Part shown: in pieces, positions 30,956 through 40,008 of the stretch
How positions within the stretch are numbered: the stretch's first letter is position 1
Layout of the letters: each line of letters begins with the position of its first letter
From: Treponemataceae bacterium
GTDB taxonomy: Bacteria; Spirochaetota; Spirochaetia; Treponematales; Rectinemataceae
Length of the DNA: 64,000 bases
Direction: 5' to 3'
Assembly: GCA_963677895.2 (NCBI GenBank)
Contig: CAXXGJ010000002.1
Span: forward strand, 128,001 to 192,000
Translations under genes and position numbers: made by a program
Notes under the pieces: model-generated
Databases searched by the model: none
What the model was told of the DNA's origin: nothing
The model's input: the letters and a program-made list of their open reading frames with translations, nothing else

Positions 30956-30963
30956 CGACATTC

Positions 30964-31000
30964 TCCATGTATATACAATATTAGTATGTATATACATGGA
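30964..31000. promoter_or_regulatory. vapBC autoregulatory operator: 14-bp perfect inverted repeat
   Basis: tccatgtatataca-atattagta-tgtatatacatgga; each arm contains the palindrome tgtatataca; TTGAC on minus strand just upstream. Confidence 0.8.
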
Positions 31001-31028
31001 AGTCAAGCGAAAGATTTCTGGATGCGAG

Positions 31029-32603
31029 CTACAAGAGCCAAATCAGCGCGAGGACTACGGCGGTTGGCACCACATTCCGCCAGAATACTTTTTTCGCGAT
31101 CCGCGAGGCCTTGTGTTCCAGGTAGTCCACCCTGTACGCCGCGAACTTGCCGGTTATGCAGGCGCCGGGAATGCCCCCTGGGGGCGAGATCCACTGCCCG
31201 GCGAGCACCACGTTCTTCAAGCCTTTGATGAAAGGAGAAGGGTAGGCTGTTCTCATGTTCGCCTCTTTCGGGAGGATGCAGGCCTGGTTGTATCCGTTGT
31301 GGGCGTTGCAGTACCGCTTGTAGGTGCAGGGCGTCCAGGCGTCGAGCAGGGTCAGCTTGCCACGGTATTCCGGCCAGGTTTTTTCGATTTTATCCTTCAC
31401 CAGAGCGGCAAGCTCCAGTTTTTTCGCCTTGTAGGCTTCCTTGTCATCGCCCAGCGCTTTCCAGTATGCCCAGCTGGACCGATCCATGCCCCAGAGAACC
31501 TGTATGATCTGCTTGCCCTCCGGCGCGAAGGACGGTTCATAGGCGAAGGTCTTCAGCGTGACGCGGTCGTTCAGCCAGGGTTCGACCCGGAGTTCGGGCG
31601 CGTCGAGGTTGATCTCGTGCCGCAGCAGGTCCCGCTCATCGTCGATAGCCCAGGCGGCCTGGAACATTCCGTAGATCGTGTATTTATCAGGGTTGTCGAA
31701 ATATTCCTTGAGCTTTTCGGGAATGTAGGATCTGTCGAGCAGCTGGGTGAAGGTGAAGTCGGCGTCGCAGGCTGGAATGACGTAGTCAGCCTCGACGCGC
31801 GCGTCGTCCTCGAGGACGATGCCGGTCGCCCTGTCCCCGGCGATCTCGATTCGCCGCACCGGCGCCGAATCGCGATAGGCGCCTCCCAGTTCCTCGAATC
31901 GCGCCTTCATCCGCAGCGCCGCCGCCCTGGATCCTCCGACGGGAACGCCGCCGTCCCCGCTCGCGAAATTGCCGTAGGCGACGGGGAAGGAGTATGCCTT
32001 GGATTCCCTGGGGCAGAAATCGCTGAGACAGCGCTGGATGAGCGGGTGCTTGAACTTGTTCATCAGATCCTGCGTGCTTTCGCGAGGATAACGCATGAAC
32101 AGTTTGAACATCTTCAGCGATTTTAAGAGCAGCCTGGTTCCGCTGATGGCTCCCAGCTGTTCGCCCGGGATACCCGCCGGGACGACGGTGGATGTGCCGA
32201 GCGCGACATTGTCAAACAAGGTGTTGATTTCTTTCTCATCCTCGGGCGACAGGGCGATCCATTCCTTTCGCGTCCTTTCGGTGTCGCTATATAGGGAGAG
32301 CTTCTGTCCGTTCAGCCAGGAGGTATACATGACGTCGTTCCTGAGCACGCCGATCGAATCGTCTATGAGGCGCGTCTCCCTGTACAGATCGTAGAGGTCG
32401 CTGCCCGGGGTCGTCCCCATGAGCCAGTGGATGCAGTTGTCGATATGGTAGCCGCCGCGGTCCCATCCGGTGCATTCCCCGCCCGGAACGGCGTTCTTCT
32501 CGAAAAGCTCCACGCGATAGCCTAGCTTGAGGGCATAGACGCCCGCGCTGAGCCCGGCGACCCCCGCTCCTATGACGACGACCTTTTTACTGGTTTCAGG
32601 CAT
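31029..32603 (-). CDS. Phytoene desaturase (CrtI/COG1233)-family FAD-dependent oxidoreductase
   Basis: IGAGVAGL Rossmann motif, PGGECTGWDRGGY.ID, TPCTYKRY, LAGQW..PPGG. Confidence 0.85.
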   Translation of the reverse strand: MPETSKKVVVIGAGVAGLSAGVYALKLGYRVELFEKNAVPGGECTGWDRGGYHIDNCIHWLMGTTPGSDLYDLYRETRLIDDSIGVLRNDVMYTSWLNGQKLSLYSDTERTRKEWIALSPEDEKEINTLFDNVALGTSTVVPAGIPGEQLGAISGTRLLLKSLKMFKLFMRYPRESTQDLMNKFKHPLIQRCLSDFCPRESKAYSFPVAYGNFASGDGGVPVGGSRAAALRMKARFEELGGAYRDSAPVRRIEIAGDRATGIVLEDDARVEADYVIPACDADFTFTQLLDRSYIPEKLKEYFDNPDKYTIYGMFQAAWAIDDERDLLRHEINLDAPELRVEPWLNDRVTLKTFAYEPSFAPEGKQIIQVLWGMDRSSWAYWKALGDDKEAYKAKKLELAALVKDKIEKTWPEYRGKLTLLDAWTPCTYKRYCNAHNGYNQACILPKEANMRTAYPSPFIKGLKNVVLAGQWISPPGGIPGACITGKFAAYRVDYLEHKASRIAKKVFWRNVVPTAVVLALIWLL

Positions 32604-32805
32604 TGGAATTCCCTTCGCACCCCACGATGTTCCGGTAGATTTTCTCGATATCGGCCTTGTCGGGAATAGCGATGCCGCGCTCTTTGTCGGCGAGGATGAG
32701 CAGGGTGTCGCCGCTCCTGATTCCCATCATGTCCCGCATATCCTTCGGAATGACGATCTGCCCCTTCTGGCCGACCTTCACCATGCTCATCAGTTTTCCT
32801 TCCAT
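32596..32805 (-). CDS. AbrB/MazE/SpoVT family transcriptional regulator
   Basis: VKVGQKGQIVIPKDMRD.MGI..GD.L. Confidence 0.9.
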   Translation of the reverse strand: MEGKLMSMVKVGQKGQIVIPKDMRDMMGIRSGDTLLILADKERGIAIPDKADIEKIYRNIVGCEGNSNA

Positions 32806-32832
32806 GGTTGCTCCTGTTCAACTGGTATGAAC

Positions 32833-32850
32833 AGTATAACTAGTATAACT
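32833..32850. promoter_or_regulatory. Tandem 9-bp direct repeat in the AbrB-gene promoter (likely operator)
   Basis: agtataact-agtataact, with TTGACA on the minus strand near 32863. Confidence 0.55.
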
Positions 32851-32875
32851 TGCGCCGACGATTGTCAAGGAGGGC

Positions 32876-33796
32876 TCAGCCTTTCAGCGCCCCCGCGGCC
32901 ACGCCCGCCGTAATTTTCTTGCGGAAGCCGACGTAGAACAGGATCATGGGGAGCATGCCTATGACGAGGGCGGCGAATTGCTTTCCGTAATCGGAGGAGA
33001 GGGCGCCGGAGAAGCGGTAGATGCCTAGCGGCAAGGACTTCAGGCTTGTGTCGCTGACCAGAATATTGATGAGGGCGAATTCGTTCCAGAGCGAGGGTAT
33101 GTTCAGTATCGCCAAGGTCATGGCAATAGGGACGGACATCGGGACGATGATGGTGCGGAAAACCCGCGAGTACCCGGCGCCGTCCAGCTGCGCCGCCTCG
33201 ATGACGGCGTCCGGAATGCTTCTTACGTAGCCTGTGGCCAGGTAAATTCCCACGGGGAGCGCCGATCCGATATAGACGAGCAGGACACCCAGCCGCGTAT
33301 TGTGGAAAAGCCGGAATTCCCCGTCCTTTAAGAGCCCGAGCGTACGCAGGAAATCGCCGAGGAGGCGGTCGAGCATCGTGACTTCCAGAAACAAGGGAAC
33401 CATAAGGGACTGAATGGTCAGAAGGATGCCGAGTATGAGGCTGCCGTAGAGCAGCGTCGTGGCCTTCGATTTTATCTTCGCGAAGGCGAAACCCGTCCGC
33501 AGTGAGAAGAAAATGATCCCAGCAGTGGCTCCTACCGTGTAGAAAACCGAGTTGCCGATCAGCCTGCCGAATTCCCCTATCCTCCATGCGCCGACATAGT
33601 TGTCCAGGGTCCAGGCCGATGGCAGTCCGAGCATATTCATCCTGAATTCGTTCGTGGTCTTGAAGGAACTCAGGAAGAGCCATACGAGGGGATAGATCGT
33701 TATGAAGCTGAAGAGGCCCATGACCGCGTAAGCGAGGATTCTCCCGATTACCGCGGCCGGTCTCGCTCGCTGGTTACGTCTGTACTGGGATTCCAT
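32876..33796 (-). CDS. Carbohydrate ABC transporter permease (MalG-like)
   Basis: SSFK, EAAQLDGA motif, WNEF, LPLGI. Confidence 0.93.
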   Translation of the reverse strand: MESQYRRNQRARPAAVIGRILAYAVMGLFSFITIYPLVWLFLSSFKTTNEFRMNMLGLPSAWTLDNYVGAWRIGEFGRLIGNSVFYTVGATAGIIFFSLRTGFAFAKIKSKATTLLYGSLILGILLTIQSLMVPLFLEVTMLDRLLGDFLRTLGLLKDGEFRLFHNTRLGVLLVYIGSALPVGIYLATGYVRSIPDAVIEAAQLDGAGYSRVFRTIIVPMSVPIAMTLAILNIPSLWNEFALINILVSDTSLKSLPLGIYRFSGALSSDYGKQFAALVIGMLPMILFYVGFRKKITAGVAAGALKG

Positions 33797-33800
33797 CGCC

Positions 33801-34922
33801 CTACTCCTTTCCGCCGAACCGCTTTTCGAGGGCGAACATGATCAGTATCAGGGCGAGACTGAACAGCACGATCATTATGGCGATGGCATTGGCCAGGGGA
33901 TAGTTCGGGGCACCCATGAATGCCGAGTCGTACATATAGATGGAAAGTACCTGCGTGACGCGGGCGGGACCTCCGCCTGTCATCGCGAGGATGAGGGCGA
34001 ACCCGCTCAAGGATCCCGAGATGCAGAGAATGGTCGCGTTGAGAATCACGCCGGAAAGGCTGGGCACGACGACGAAGCGCATCACCTGCATTTCCGAAGC
34101 GCCGTCGATCTCCGCCGCCTCGAGAATCTGAATGTCGATCTTCTGCATATTCGCGTGAAAGAGAATCAGATAGGTCCCTGTCCACATCCAGAGCGTGACG
34201 AAGCAGATGGGAATCATGGCCACGTCTCGATGGCTGAGGAATTCCGCGCTCCATTTGGGCGCGAGCAGATTGACGAGGTCCTGCTGAACCATGATCAGCT
34301 GATCCGGGCTGTAGCTGAGCAGGAAATCCTTGAGCTCGACGCGGGGGCTGGAAAAAATCGCTCCTATCGTCTGCGGACTTATCCCTATGATTTTGTCGAC
34401 GAGGTTGTCCGTAACGCTGAGAGCGCCGGCGGAGCTGAACAGCTCGCTCAGCTTGGCTGAATACAGGCTTCTGTAGAGACGGTTGGCCAGATCAGCTATT
34501 GGGCCGTAAGGAGAGAAGATGATGCTCCACATTATGCCGATGACGATCGTCGAGATTATGGCCGGTACATAGAGGATGCCCTGCCAGAATGACCCGAATT
34601 TGACGATCTTGCGATAGATCAGGTAAGCGAACAGGAAACCGAGCGGCAGTTGTCCCAGTACCGAGATCAGGACGATATAGATATTGTTCTTGAGGGCGTT
34701 CCAGAAGTACGGATCGGCGAAAAGATTCCTGTACTGCTGGAACCCGGTGATCTTCCAGGGCTCACCCCCGAACATCTTGCCGCCGCCGAAATCGGACAGC
34801 GAAAGGATGACGGCGAGCACGATAGGGAAGGCGAATACGAAAAGGAACAGCAGATATGAAGGCAGAACCATGGACCAATACGCTCTGCCTCGTTCCGATT
34901 CTTTTCGATGCCTGCCTATCAC
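33801..34922 (-). CDS. Carbohydrate ABC transporter permease (MalF-like) with enlarged periplasmic loop
   Basis: EAAEIDGAS, MTGGGP; GTG start. Confidence 0.92.
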   Translation of the reverse strand: MIGRHRKESERGRAYWSMVLPSYLLFLFVFAFPIVLAVILSLSDFGGGKMFGGEPWKITGFQQYRNLFADPYFWNALKNNIYIVLISVLGQLPLGFLFAYLIYRKIVKFGSFWQGILYVPAIISTIVIGIMWSIIFSPYGPIADLANRLYRSLYSAKLSELFSSAGALSVTDNLVDKIIGISPQTIGAIFSSPRVELKDFLLSYSPDQLIMVQQDLVNLLAPKWSAEFLSHRDVAMIPICFVTLWMWTGTYLILFHANMQKIDIQILEAAEIDGASEMQVMRFVVVPSLSGVILNATILCISGSLSGFALILAMTGGGPARVTQVLSIYMYDSAFMGAPNYPLANAIAIMIVLFSLALILIMFALEKRFGGKE

Positions 34923-34993
34923 TGACTGCCCCCTGGATTTGAGCCTGATACAGAATGTTCAATTGATTGCGGGGTCTGAATCCCGCCGGCAAA

Positions 34994-35020
34994 TCGGGAC
35001 CATCGCAACGATGGTCCCGA
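34994..35020 (-). terminator. Intercistronic hairpin after the binding-protein gene (mRNA stabiliser or partial terminator)
   Basis: tcgggaccatcg-caa-cgatggtcccga, 12-bp stem. Confidence 0.65.
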
Positions 35021-35024
35021 AGCC

Positions 35025-36332
35025 TTATTTGCGCGAGGCGAGCCAGGCGTCCGTTGCAGCCTGAATGCTTTCCGCGACCTGCATGGGCGTTTTCGTGCCG
35101 AGGCCGATCTGCTGGAGTCCCAGATTGAGCGGGGTGTAGATGCTCGTGTCCATGGCGCCGTCGAGCACGTAGCTGGTCTTCCCGATGGAGGCATAGTACT
35201 GCGACATTTTCGTGGTGAAGGGCTCGAGCTTGTCGCTCTTTACGTCCTTGCGGGAGGTGATGTACTTGCCCAGCTCGAGATACTGGCGCTGAACGTCCTG
35301 CGAATAAAGATACTTGAGAAGCTTGACGGCCGCTTTTTCCTTCGCGGAGCCGGCGGGGATGGCCGAGGAAATTCCGTAGCCGCAGCCGAGGATTGCGGAG
35401 ACGACGCCGGGATTTTTCTCGCCGGGGATTGCGGGGAAGTTGAAATATTCGAAATCGGATTCCTGCTTTTTGGGATCGATGAGGGCGATGCCCGAAGCCT
35501 TGTCGGTGATGAAGGCGTTCTGGCGCCAATCGCCGTCGATGAAGAACGCGGCTTTTCCCGCGGCGAACAATGCCGGTGCTTCTCCATAGGAAATCTGGAT
35601 GGTGTCGCGGCCGAGTACGCCGTCCTTGTACATCGTTTCGACGAATTCCAGGGTTTTGACGAATTCTTTATCGGTGAACTTGGCTTTTCCGGCCAGCGCC
35701 TTGTCGATCCATTCGTCCCCGACCATGCGGCCTACGATGGTGGAGTAGAGGCAGGACTGCATGACCCAGTCGTCCTTGTTGGCCATGAGCAGGGGGCGGA
35801 TTCCCTTGGCCTTGAGCTTGGGCAGCATGGCCTTCATTTCCTGATAGGTCGTGGGGACTTTCAGGCCAAGATCGGCGAGAAGCTTGGTGTTGGTGAACAT
35901 TACGGTGCTGTAGCAGACGCTCTGCGGCAGTTCAGCCAAGTATTTGCCTTTCTGGCCGGCCGGGTCCACGACGGAGGGCATGAAGTTGGAGAGGAAATCC
36001 TTTCCGAGAAGGGGTGCCAGATCCTTGACCAGTTTCTGTTCGTGGAGAATGGTGGACCTTCCCGACGGGTACATGTACATGACATCCGGGACAGTGCCCG
36101 CGGCGACATAGGCTGCCAGTTTCTGGTGGAATGGCTCGTTCGACAGCTCTTCTTTCACTATCGTGATGTCGGGGTTGTCATCCATGAACTTCTGCCAGAT
36201 CGCCTGATCCTCAGCGTACCCCGGCGCCGTGGCGTCGATGTAGTTGAGAACGAAAAGGTTCGTCTTCTGGGCAAATGCGCCCATAGAGAAGATGACTGAG
36301 AACAAGAGAGCGAAACACATCGCTTTTCGCAT
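35025..36332 (-). CDS. Carbohydrate ABC transporter substrate-binding protein
   Basis: Signal peptide; NPDITI, PDV, PTT.QEM, FAAGKAAF..DGDW typical of SBP_bac_1. Confidence 0.9.
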   Translation of the reverse strand: MRKAMCFALLFSVIFSMGAFAQKTNLFVLNYIDATAPGYAEDQAIWQKFMDDNPDITIVKEELSNEPFHQKLAAYVAAGTVPDVMYMYPSGRSTILHEQKLVKDLAPLLGKDFLSNFMPSVVDPAGQKGKYLAELPQSVCYSTVMFTNTKLLADLGLKVPTTYQEMKAMLPKLKAKGIRPLLMANKDDWVMQSCLYSTIVGRMVGDEWIDKALAGKAKFTDKEFVKTLEFVETMYKDGVLGRDTIQISYGEAPALFAAGKAAFFIDGDWRQNAFITDKASGIALIDPKKQESDFEYFNFPAIPGEKNPGVVSAILGCGYGISSAIPAGSAKEKAAVKLLKYLYSQDVQRQYLELGKYITSRKDVKSDKLEPFTTKMSQYYASIGKTSYVLDGAMDTSIYTPLNLGLQQIGLGTKTPMQVAESIQAATDAWLASRK

Positions 36333-36399
36333 TCCAAGACCTCCATCTCGAGATTTATTCCCTACGGGAATATTTAGGATCCCAATGAACGGGAACGAT

Positions 36400-37512
36400 T
36401 CAGCTGGTCTCCCGATTGACCGGAAATTTGTTCAGGGAAAAGAGGTTGTGTATGAGCATGCCGGCCGCCCCGAACGCGACCGCCTGCGCCCCAAGCGAGG
36501 AGTACTGTATTCTTATCTGCCGCTTGACGGGATACATCCAGTTCTTTTCGATCGCTTTCTCGAGGATGTGGCAGAAGTCGACGCCGCAGGTTTCGATGTC
36601 GCCGCCTATGAAAATCCGGTTGAAATCCAAGGTGTTGACGAGCATCGCTATGTTCTTGGCGAGTTCCGAAGCGAAGCGCTCGAACACGGAAGGGTCCTTC
36701 AAGATCTTGCTCAGGTCTTCTTTCGAAAGGGCAACCTGTATGCCATTGTCTTCCGTGCATAAAACGCTGCGGAATTCTCCCGCGAAGGAATTGGTTCCGT
36801 AGTGGACTTTTCCGTTCACGACGATCCCGAAACCTACCCCGACGCCACCATACTCGGCGTGCGGGACGATGGCTTGTTTGAACTCGACGAGGGCGAACAG
36901 AATGTTCTTGAGTTCGGTATTTTTATGGAAGGCCAATTCCCCCCAGGCGCAGCAGTTGGCGTTATTCTCGATGAAGAACGGGACGTCCAGCTTGCGCGAT
37001 ATCTCCTCGACGACATTGAAGGGTTCGGATATCCGCAGGGGTACGGAGAAAATAATCGTCCCGTCTTTAGGGTTTATAAGGCCCCCGGCACCCACCCCGA
37101 CACCGAGAAGGCGTCCCGGATACTTGGCGAGCCGGCTGCGGAATTCCCAGTATATAAGCTGTATGCTCAAAGCCAGGTTGTCTTTCGTGATGGACTCGTC
37201 TTCTTCCTTCATTTCCAGGATGTCGCCGGCAAGATTGACTGCCACCACCGAATAATGTCCGCTCTGTATGGCAATTCCAATGATGTATCCGTAGTCCCTG
37301 TTGATCGTGAGCGGAATAGGTTTCCTGCCGCCGTTCTTGCCGGGCTGCCCTTCGGAGCTTTCTATTATGAGCCCCTGCTCGATCATGCTGTTCACTTCGA
37401 CGGTGACCGTCGACTTATCGAAACCGAGGCGGCTCGCTATCTCGGCGCGGCTGATGTTGGGGGATTGCCATAGCGTACGGATGATCCGCGTGGCGTTCTT
37501 TAGCGTGGCCAT
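36400..37512 (-). CDS. ROK family transcriptional repressor (NagC/XylR-like)
   Basis: ISRAEIA HTH, GGRKP, IENNANCCA, GVGFGIV, GEF. Confidence 0.92.
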   Translation of the reverse strand: MATLKNATRIIRTLWQSPNISRAEIASRLGFDKSTVTVEVNSMIEQGLIIESSEGQPGKNGGRKPIPLTINRDYGYIIGIAIQSGHYSVVAVNLAGDILEMKEEDESITKDNLALSIQLIYWEFRSRLAKYPGRLLGVGVGAGGLINPKDGTIIFSVPLRISEPFNVVEEISRKLDVPFFIENNANCCAWGELAFHKNTELKNILFALVEFKQAIVPHAEYGGVGVGFGIVVNGKVHYGTNSFAGEFRSVLCTEDNGIQVALSKEDLSKILKDPSVFERFASELAKNIAMLVNTLDFNRIFIGGDIETCGVDFCHILEKAIEKNWMYPVKRQIRIQYSSLGAQAVAFGAAGMLIHNLFSLNKFPVNRETS

Positions 37513-37538
37513 ATGACTCCTCACTTGGGCTCGTCTTC

Positions 37539-37561
37539 GTTAATTGAAAAATTCAACTAAT
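37539..37561. promoter_or_regulatory. Putative ROK operator 1
   Basis: Imperfect palindrome gttaattgaaaaattcaactaat downstream of a minus-strand TTGACA at 37590-37595. Confidence 0.65.
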
Positions 37562-37795
37562 AACCCTGTTTATCATGGATACTGCCAGCTGTCAAGAAAA
37601 TACTTGATATTCGATACAATCTCCAGGGATGTGGCCCGGGAATGCGGAGCGGAGCGCCTTGCGACGAATGCATAGATTTAAATAATTATTTAATAACAAT
37701 ATATATATGCATTTTCAGATAATCGTTTTTAGCGGTGTATACGATCAGAATAAGGGCGTAGGCTTGACAGAGGCAGAAAAGGATGCGATCTATTA

Positions 37796-37817
37796 GTTAG
37801 TTCATAAATCAACTAAC
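37796..37817. promoter_or_regulatory. Putative ROK operator 2
   Basis: gttagtt-cataaatc-aactaac downstream of TTGACA at 37764. Confidence 0.65.
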
Positions 37818-37844
37818 ATCTAGTTTATATATAGGGGAGAGAAA

Positions 37845-38978
37845 ATGGCAGATTGCATGATCATACCGACGTATTGGTCCACACCGGGCATCTCTTCCTG
37901 GAAAGTATTCGACCACCCCGTGCCGATAGCGGAGGAAGGAACGCTGGAGCGAACCCTGGACAACCTGGAGAAGCTTGGCTATCCCGATGCCGTCATTCTT
38001 TTCCCTTCGCCGGCCAACGCCGCGATCGAAGCAAGGGTGAAAGGGATCGCGGCGGGACGATCGCTGGATATCCGCGTGTTTTCCGAAACGGACCTCGCGG
38101 CGATCCGCGTTATGTTGGAGCGTCGGGGCTTCCCCGCCGAACTACTTCGGTCCGTCGACCTGAACAGCTACGGAGGCGTGCGTAACATGGGCCTGCTGTA
38201 CGCGGCTTTCCATGGATTCGAGAATATCGTGATGATAGACGACGATGAGTGCATCGATGAGGGATACCGGTCGACGGCGCTCCGCTATATGGGAGAACGC
38301 GTTGATGGTCGCGAAATCCTGGGCAAGACCGGATGCGTCGTCGACGAGGACGGCAGGAAGTTTTACGATGGCCAGGCGTCCTTCGTTCTGGAAAATTGGC
38401 CTAAGGACGAGCTATTCAACGCGCTTGTAAGAAAATCGCTCGAAGCGGACCGGCGGTTATCCGACTGCGCCATGGCATTCGGCGGAAACATGGTCCTGAA
38501 CAGGGGGATGTTCACCCAGGTGCCCTTCGATCCCTACGGGACCCGCGGCGAAGACGACGATTATGTCCTTAACGCGCGATACTGCGGATTTCCGTTTTTC
38601 TTCGATCAGGATCTTCTTCTCCTGCATTTGCCGCCGAAACGAAAGGGGGAGTATTGGGCGCGCCAGCGTCAGGATATTTTCCGCTTCAAGTATATACGCG
38701 AAAAAGCCCGTCTCTTCGGATTCGATCCGAAATCCCTGGGCATCTTCCTGGAGTACTTTACGCAGGACGATCTGGAATACAAGGCAGTCTCATCCAGCAT
38801 TTTCGGCGCGCTGCAGTTCGTCGACAGCGACCGCGACGAGTTCAAGGAATTCCTCAACAATGCCGTGCTCGCTGAAACGCTCCCTCCGAAGCAATTGCAT
38901 GCGAGGGCCGAAACCTTTCTGCGCTTCATGGAAGCGTGGCGAAACATTGTGCCGGGAATCGTTGGCTCGGCCTATTGA
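37845..38978 (+). CDS. GT-A fold (GT2-like) glycosyltransferase-related protein
   Basis: IIPTY, YGGVRN, IDDDE (DxD), GGNM, RGEDDDY, late His (LHLPP). Confidence 0.7.
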   Translation: MADCMIIPTYWSTPGISSWKVFDHPVPIAEEGTLERTLDNLEKLGYPDAVILFPSPANAAIEARVKGIAAGRSLDIRVFSETDLAAIRVMLERRGFPAELLRSVDLNSYGGVRNMGLLYAAFHGFENIVMIDDDECIDEGYRSTALRYMGERVDGREILGKTGCVVDEDGRKFYDGQASFVLENWPKDELFNALVRKSLEADRRLSDCAMAFGGNMVLNRGMFTQVPFDPYGTRGEDDDYVLNARYCGFPFFFDQDLLLLHLPPKRKGEYWARQRQDIFRFKYIREKARLFGFDPKSLGIFLEYFTQDDLEYKAVSSSIFGALQFVDSDRDEFKEFLNNAVLAETLPPKQLHARAETFLRFMEAWRNIVPGIVGSAY

Positions 38979-39021
38979 ACCCGTATTGTGCCAGAGCCCC
39001 CGTACTCGCTAGGATGGAGTC

Positions 39022-39975
39022 ATGCTAAACGCCCTCCAGAGTGTCTTTTCCGTCATCGCCATGATAGCCCTGGGCTTCTTTCTGGCGAAAAGGAAGTGGT
39101 TCGAAGGCAATTCCAGCGCCCTCATCTCGCGCCTCGTCGTGTCGGTGGCGCTGCCGGCCTACATGATCTCGAATCTCATGAGCAGCTACGACAAGGCGAA
39201 ACTGATTTCCATGCTTCCCGGTCTTCCCATACCCTTCCTGGCGATGCTGGGGAGTTTTCTCGTCGCGTCCGGTCTGGCTGTCGTTCTCAAGGTGCCGAAA
39301 GGGCGGAGAGGCACCTTCGCCTCCATGTTCTCCCTCGCGAATGCCGTGTTCATCGGCCTGCCCGTCAATCTGCTTCTCTTCGGCGACGAAAGCCTTCCTT
39401 TCGCTCTTCTCTATTACATAGCGAATACCACGGTGTTCTGGACGCTCGGCACCTACTGCATCGCCAGCGACGGCGCCATACGATCGGGAAGGGCCAAACC
39501 CTCGCCCATCTCGGCCGCGGGACTGAAGCGGATCCTTTCGCCCCCGCTCCTGGGCTTCATCGCCGCGATCTTCATGATAATGACCGGGATTTCTTTGCCG
39601 AAATCGATCATGGACCTCTGCAAGTATCTCGGCAACATGACGACGCCCTTGTCGATGCTTTTCGTAGGCATCGTCATTTCCCGGATCGAGCTGAAAAAGA
39701 TGAGGTTCGGGCTGGATATCGCCTTCGTGCTCGCGGGGCGCTTTCTCGTGACGCCCTTCCTGATATTCCTGCTGATGCGCGGGCGCGATCTGCCTCTTCT
39801 CATGAAGCAGGTATTCCTGATCACCTCGGCCATGCCCGCCATGACGCAGACGCCCATCCTGGCTGAAGCCTACGGCGCCGACGCGGAATACGCCGGGATC
39901 GGCACCTCGCTTACGACGGTTTTGAGCATGATAACGATTCCAATCTATATGGGGTTTGTGGGGACGCTTTTCTAG
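39022..39975 (+). CDS. AEC (auxin efflux carrier) family transporter
   Basis: VALPA, NAVFIGLP, SPPL, TPLSM, AMP; about 10 TM helices. Confidence 0.9.
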   Translation: MLNALQSVFSVIAMIALGFFLAKRKWFEGNSSALISRLVVSVALPAYMISNLMSSYDKAKLISMLPGLPIPFLAMLGSFLVASGLAVVLKVPKGRRGTFASMFSLANAVFIGLPVNLLLFGDESLPFALLYYIANTTVFWTLGTYCIASDGAIRSGRAKPSPISAAGLKRILSPPLLGFIAAIFMIMTGISLPKSIMDLCKYLGNMTTPLSMLFVGIVISRIELKKMRFGLDIAFVLAGRFLVTPFLIFLLMRGRDLPLLMKQVFLITSAMPAMTQTPILAEAYGADAEYAGIGTSLTTVLSMITIPIYMGFVGTLF

Positions 39976-40008
39976 CGCCGCGGTACTAATCGGACCCACC
40001 TTCTCACG

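Noticed and set aside
31029..32603. Carotenoid biosynthesis cluster
   Set aside because: Only a lone CrtI-family protein; no crtB/crtE nearby
32596..32805. AbrB/MazE gene as the antitoxin of a second TA pair
   Set aside because: The coupled downstream gene is a 524-aa FAD oxidoreductase, not a toxin
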